Made by a program: the position numbers and the translations under genes
In this document: piece after piece, positions 62,101-64,000 of the stretch
How positions within the stretch are numbered: position 1 is the stretch's first letter
Layout of the letters: each line of letters begins with the position of its first letter
Assembly (NCBI GenBank): GCA_963693365.1
Contig: CAVNZM010000013.1
Location: 8,618,940 to 8,682,939, forward strand
Length of the DNA stretch: 64,000 nucleotides
Direction: 5' to 3'
From: Amoebidium appalachense
Lineage: Eukaryota; Protista; Ichthyosporea
Notes under the pieces: model-generated
Told to the model about the DNA's origin: nothing
The model's input: the letters and a program-made list of their open reading frames with translations, nothing else
Databases searched by the model: none

Positions 62101-62342
62101 GTGGGTATGACCTGGTATGTGTCGTGCTGCTGTGTGTGTGTTTGGTGCTGCTGCAGCAGCTGTGTATGCTGTTGCAGCTGGTGCTGCTGCTGAAGAAACT
62201 GTTGCTGCTGCTGCAGCAGCAGCTGCTGCGTCTGCTGGGACTGCCCAGACATGTCCGTTCCACGACCCAACAGCTGCAAGGTAGCTTGCTTGCTCCCCCC
62301 ATGCCCGGTTGGCCAGAGGTACGTGCCTGGGTCTTGTGACAT
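59180..62342 (-). CDS. Spliced glutamine-rich transcription factor with C-terminal GCR1_C-like DNA-binding domain
   Basis: Five exons (~62342-61341, 60816-60586, 60319-59954, 59618-59481, 59271-59180). Q-rich N-terminus, then KIPRGVTCIEQIIEQWERGEGPTCPALKDW..RERSIYSQRKKLYEEY, resembling the Gcr1/Msn1/Hot1 C-terminal domain. Ends DDDMSMF*. Requires removing one C from a run near 60795. Confidence 0.75.
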
Positions 62343-64000
62343 CAATGTATGGTCATGCCGCTGTGCGCGTGTTTTGGGGAAAAGCAACTGTTCTCATTTA
62401 ACAGTACCAGAAAATATGTATTCTCGGATTACGGCGAGGAAAAATTCGCCACCAAATTCGAGCGCAAAAATGTGTTAGCTGTTTGTAATGTGTCCTACTA
62501 TAGCCCCTTAAAAACCGCGACGAAAGGGGGGAAAATTACTAATGATAGCACTAACCCCTTAACACTGAACCGTTCATGCTTTGAGAAGAGTCTGCGGGGA
62601 CAGTACCATCAACTTGACTAAAGGCTGTACGAACGAGGAAAAAAACGGCCTCTGTTGAATTTAATTTGCTTGTGTTTGTGATGAAAGCAAACTTGTTGTT
62701 GTTCTACACTACTGTCGGCTTGCACAGGGCACTACGCAGAGAAACAGTCTGTCTGTAGGAACTTATGAAATAAAACTAAAAAGTATACAATAATAACAGC
62801 ATATTAGACAATTAGAAGAAAAAATCTAATGCCGGGTTATTCGACACGACAACGTGGGCCCGAAAATTCAGAATGAACCGAAGGCTGAGGACCGAGTTCA
62901 ACGGACTTGCGTGCACTATCACTCGTGATGATCCGCATGGCGTGAAACACGCCAAGAGATACAAACGATATATATCCAATCAGAGCCCGGCGTGGAATGC
63001 ATTACATCAGTACCGTAAGATTTACACTCTCCGTGATTAGTCCAGTGACCATAGCCTACTAATTATAGCTAGAAATGTTTATTTTTATATTATATTTTTA
63101 AAGATATTACATATAATACCAGATATATGGGTAATACGGCTTTACAGATGCCTGTTTTCCTGGAAGCTTGAACTCTATGGCGTTGACTCACAGAGAGAAT
63201 GACGAACGATTGGTCGGGTGAAATCGCTTTTTAGGTAGATCTGAGATCAGCCAATGCAACGTGTGCATTTCTGGGACTATAAGGCCCCAGCGGAAATCCA
63301 GCACTAAAATCTATTAGAAAACAAAAGAACTACAAATTAAACAATAAATTAATATTAAAAATTGTTCTTTGCGTAATACTTAGCAGCATATGCCAATAAA
63401 AGTAACTCTGTAATTATTTATTGCTTCACCTTTGCGGTCGGCAAAAACGCAGAGAATCTGCCCCTCTCTGAGAATTGTTCCGGATACCAATCGGGTGAAC
63501 GCATCATTAGATCACTACCGGGCCACATGCCTTATTACGGTATCCCCTGACACTCGAAATTTCCCTTTTCCCAAAAGTGTTGTTTCTCAAAATTCCTTTA
63601 GCGGTTAACCCATTAGAAAAGGTTTTTAGGTTTGCATGGTTTGGTTTAGACTATTGCCCTCCAGACTATGGCTTTTCCACTTCTTTGAGAAGTAGAGTCT
63701 GTTTTATGAGCGGAAGCAATAAGCTCATTATTGCGATACAAACCTGTGGGACAGCTTATACTATGCTTACTAAGACCCTATGGTTGATCACCACTGAATC
63801 CTGGAATATTCATTTGGATATGTCGGTCTTTGATTTGTTTTATTGAAGTCTAGGGGAGCATCCTGCATGTAGGTCTGTAGTAATGATATACTCTTGGAAA
63901 TATTGAGGTTGGGCTGCTAATAACAGTCTACGATACACGCGAATTATATGCGGGTCCCAATACATATTCTGGGGTTTTATTGGAATATATCAATTGCCTG

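Noticed and set aside
63500-64000. 89-aa ORF near the window end
   Set aside because: Non-ATG start, no motif, and stops in all frames nearby.

Overview
Eukaryotic nuclear DNA with GT-AG introns full of poly-C/poly-G runs and (CA)n/(GT)n microsatellites. Most ORFs in the supplied track are translations of these repeats. The mix of animal-type genes (LIM+villin headpiece, claudin-like) and fungal-type genes (SNG1/DUF3533, GCR1_C) suggests a unicellular opisthokont such as an ichthyosporean; this is inference only. I could rebuild six genes by eye: a spliced LIM-LIM-headpiece (abLIM-like) gene, an intronless secreted orphan, a spliced claudin/PMP22-like gene, a spliced bacterial-type CocE/NonD hydrolase, an intronless SNG1/DUF3533 membrane protein and a spliced Q-rich GCR1_C transcription factor. 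There are three non-LTR retrotransposon families. One ends in oligo-C instead of poly(A) and has four copies here. An RNase H LINE is split in-frame by a ~10-kb insert that has asymmetric subterminal inverted repeats and a terminal hairpin (Helitron2/Helentron-like) and carries a ~184-bp satellite array. All calls were made by reading the sequence; no searches were run, exon borders are approximate, and homopolymer lengths look error-prone.
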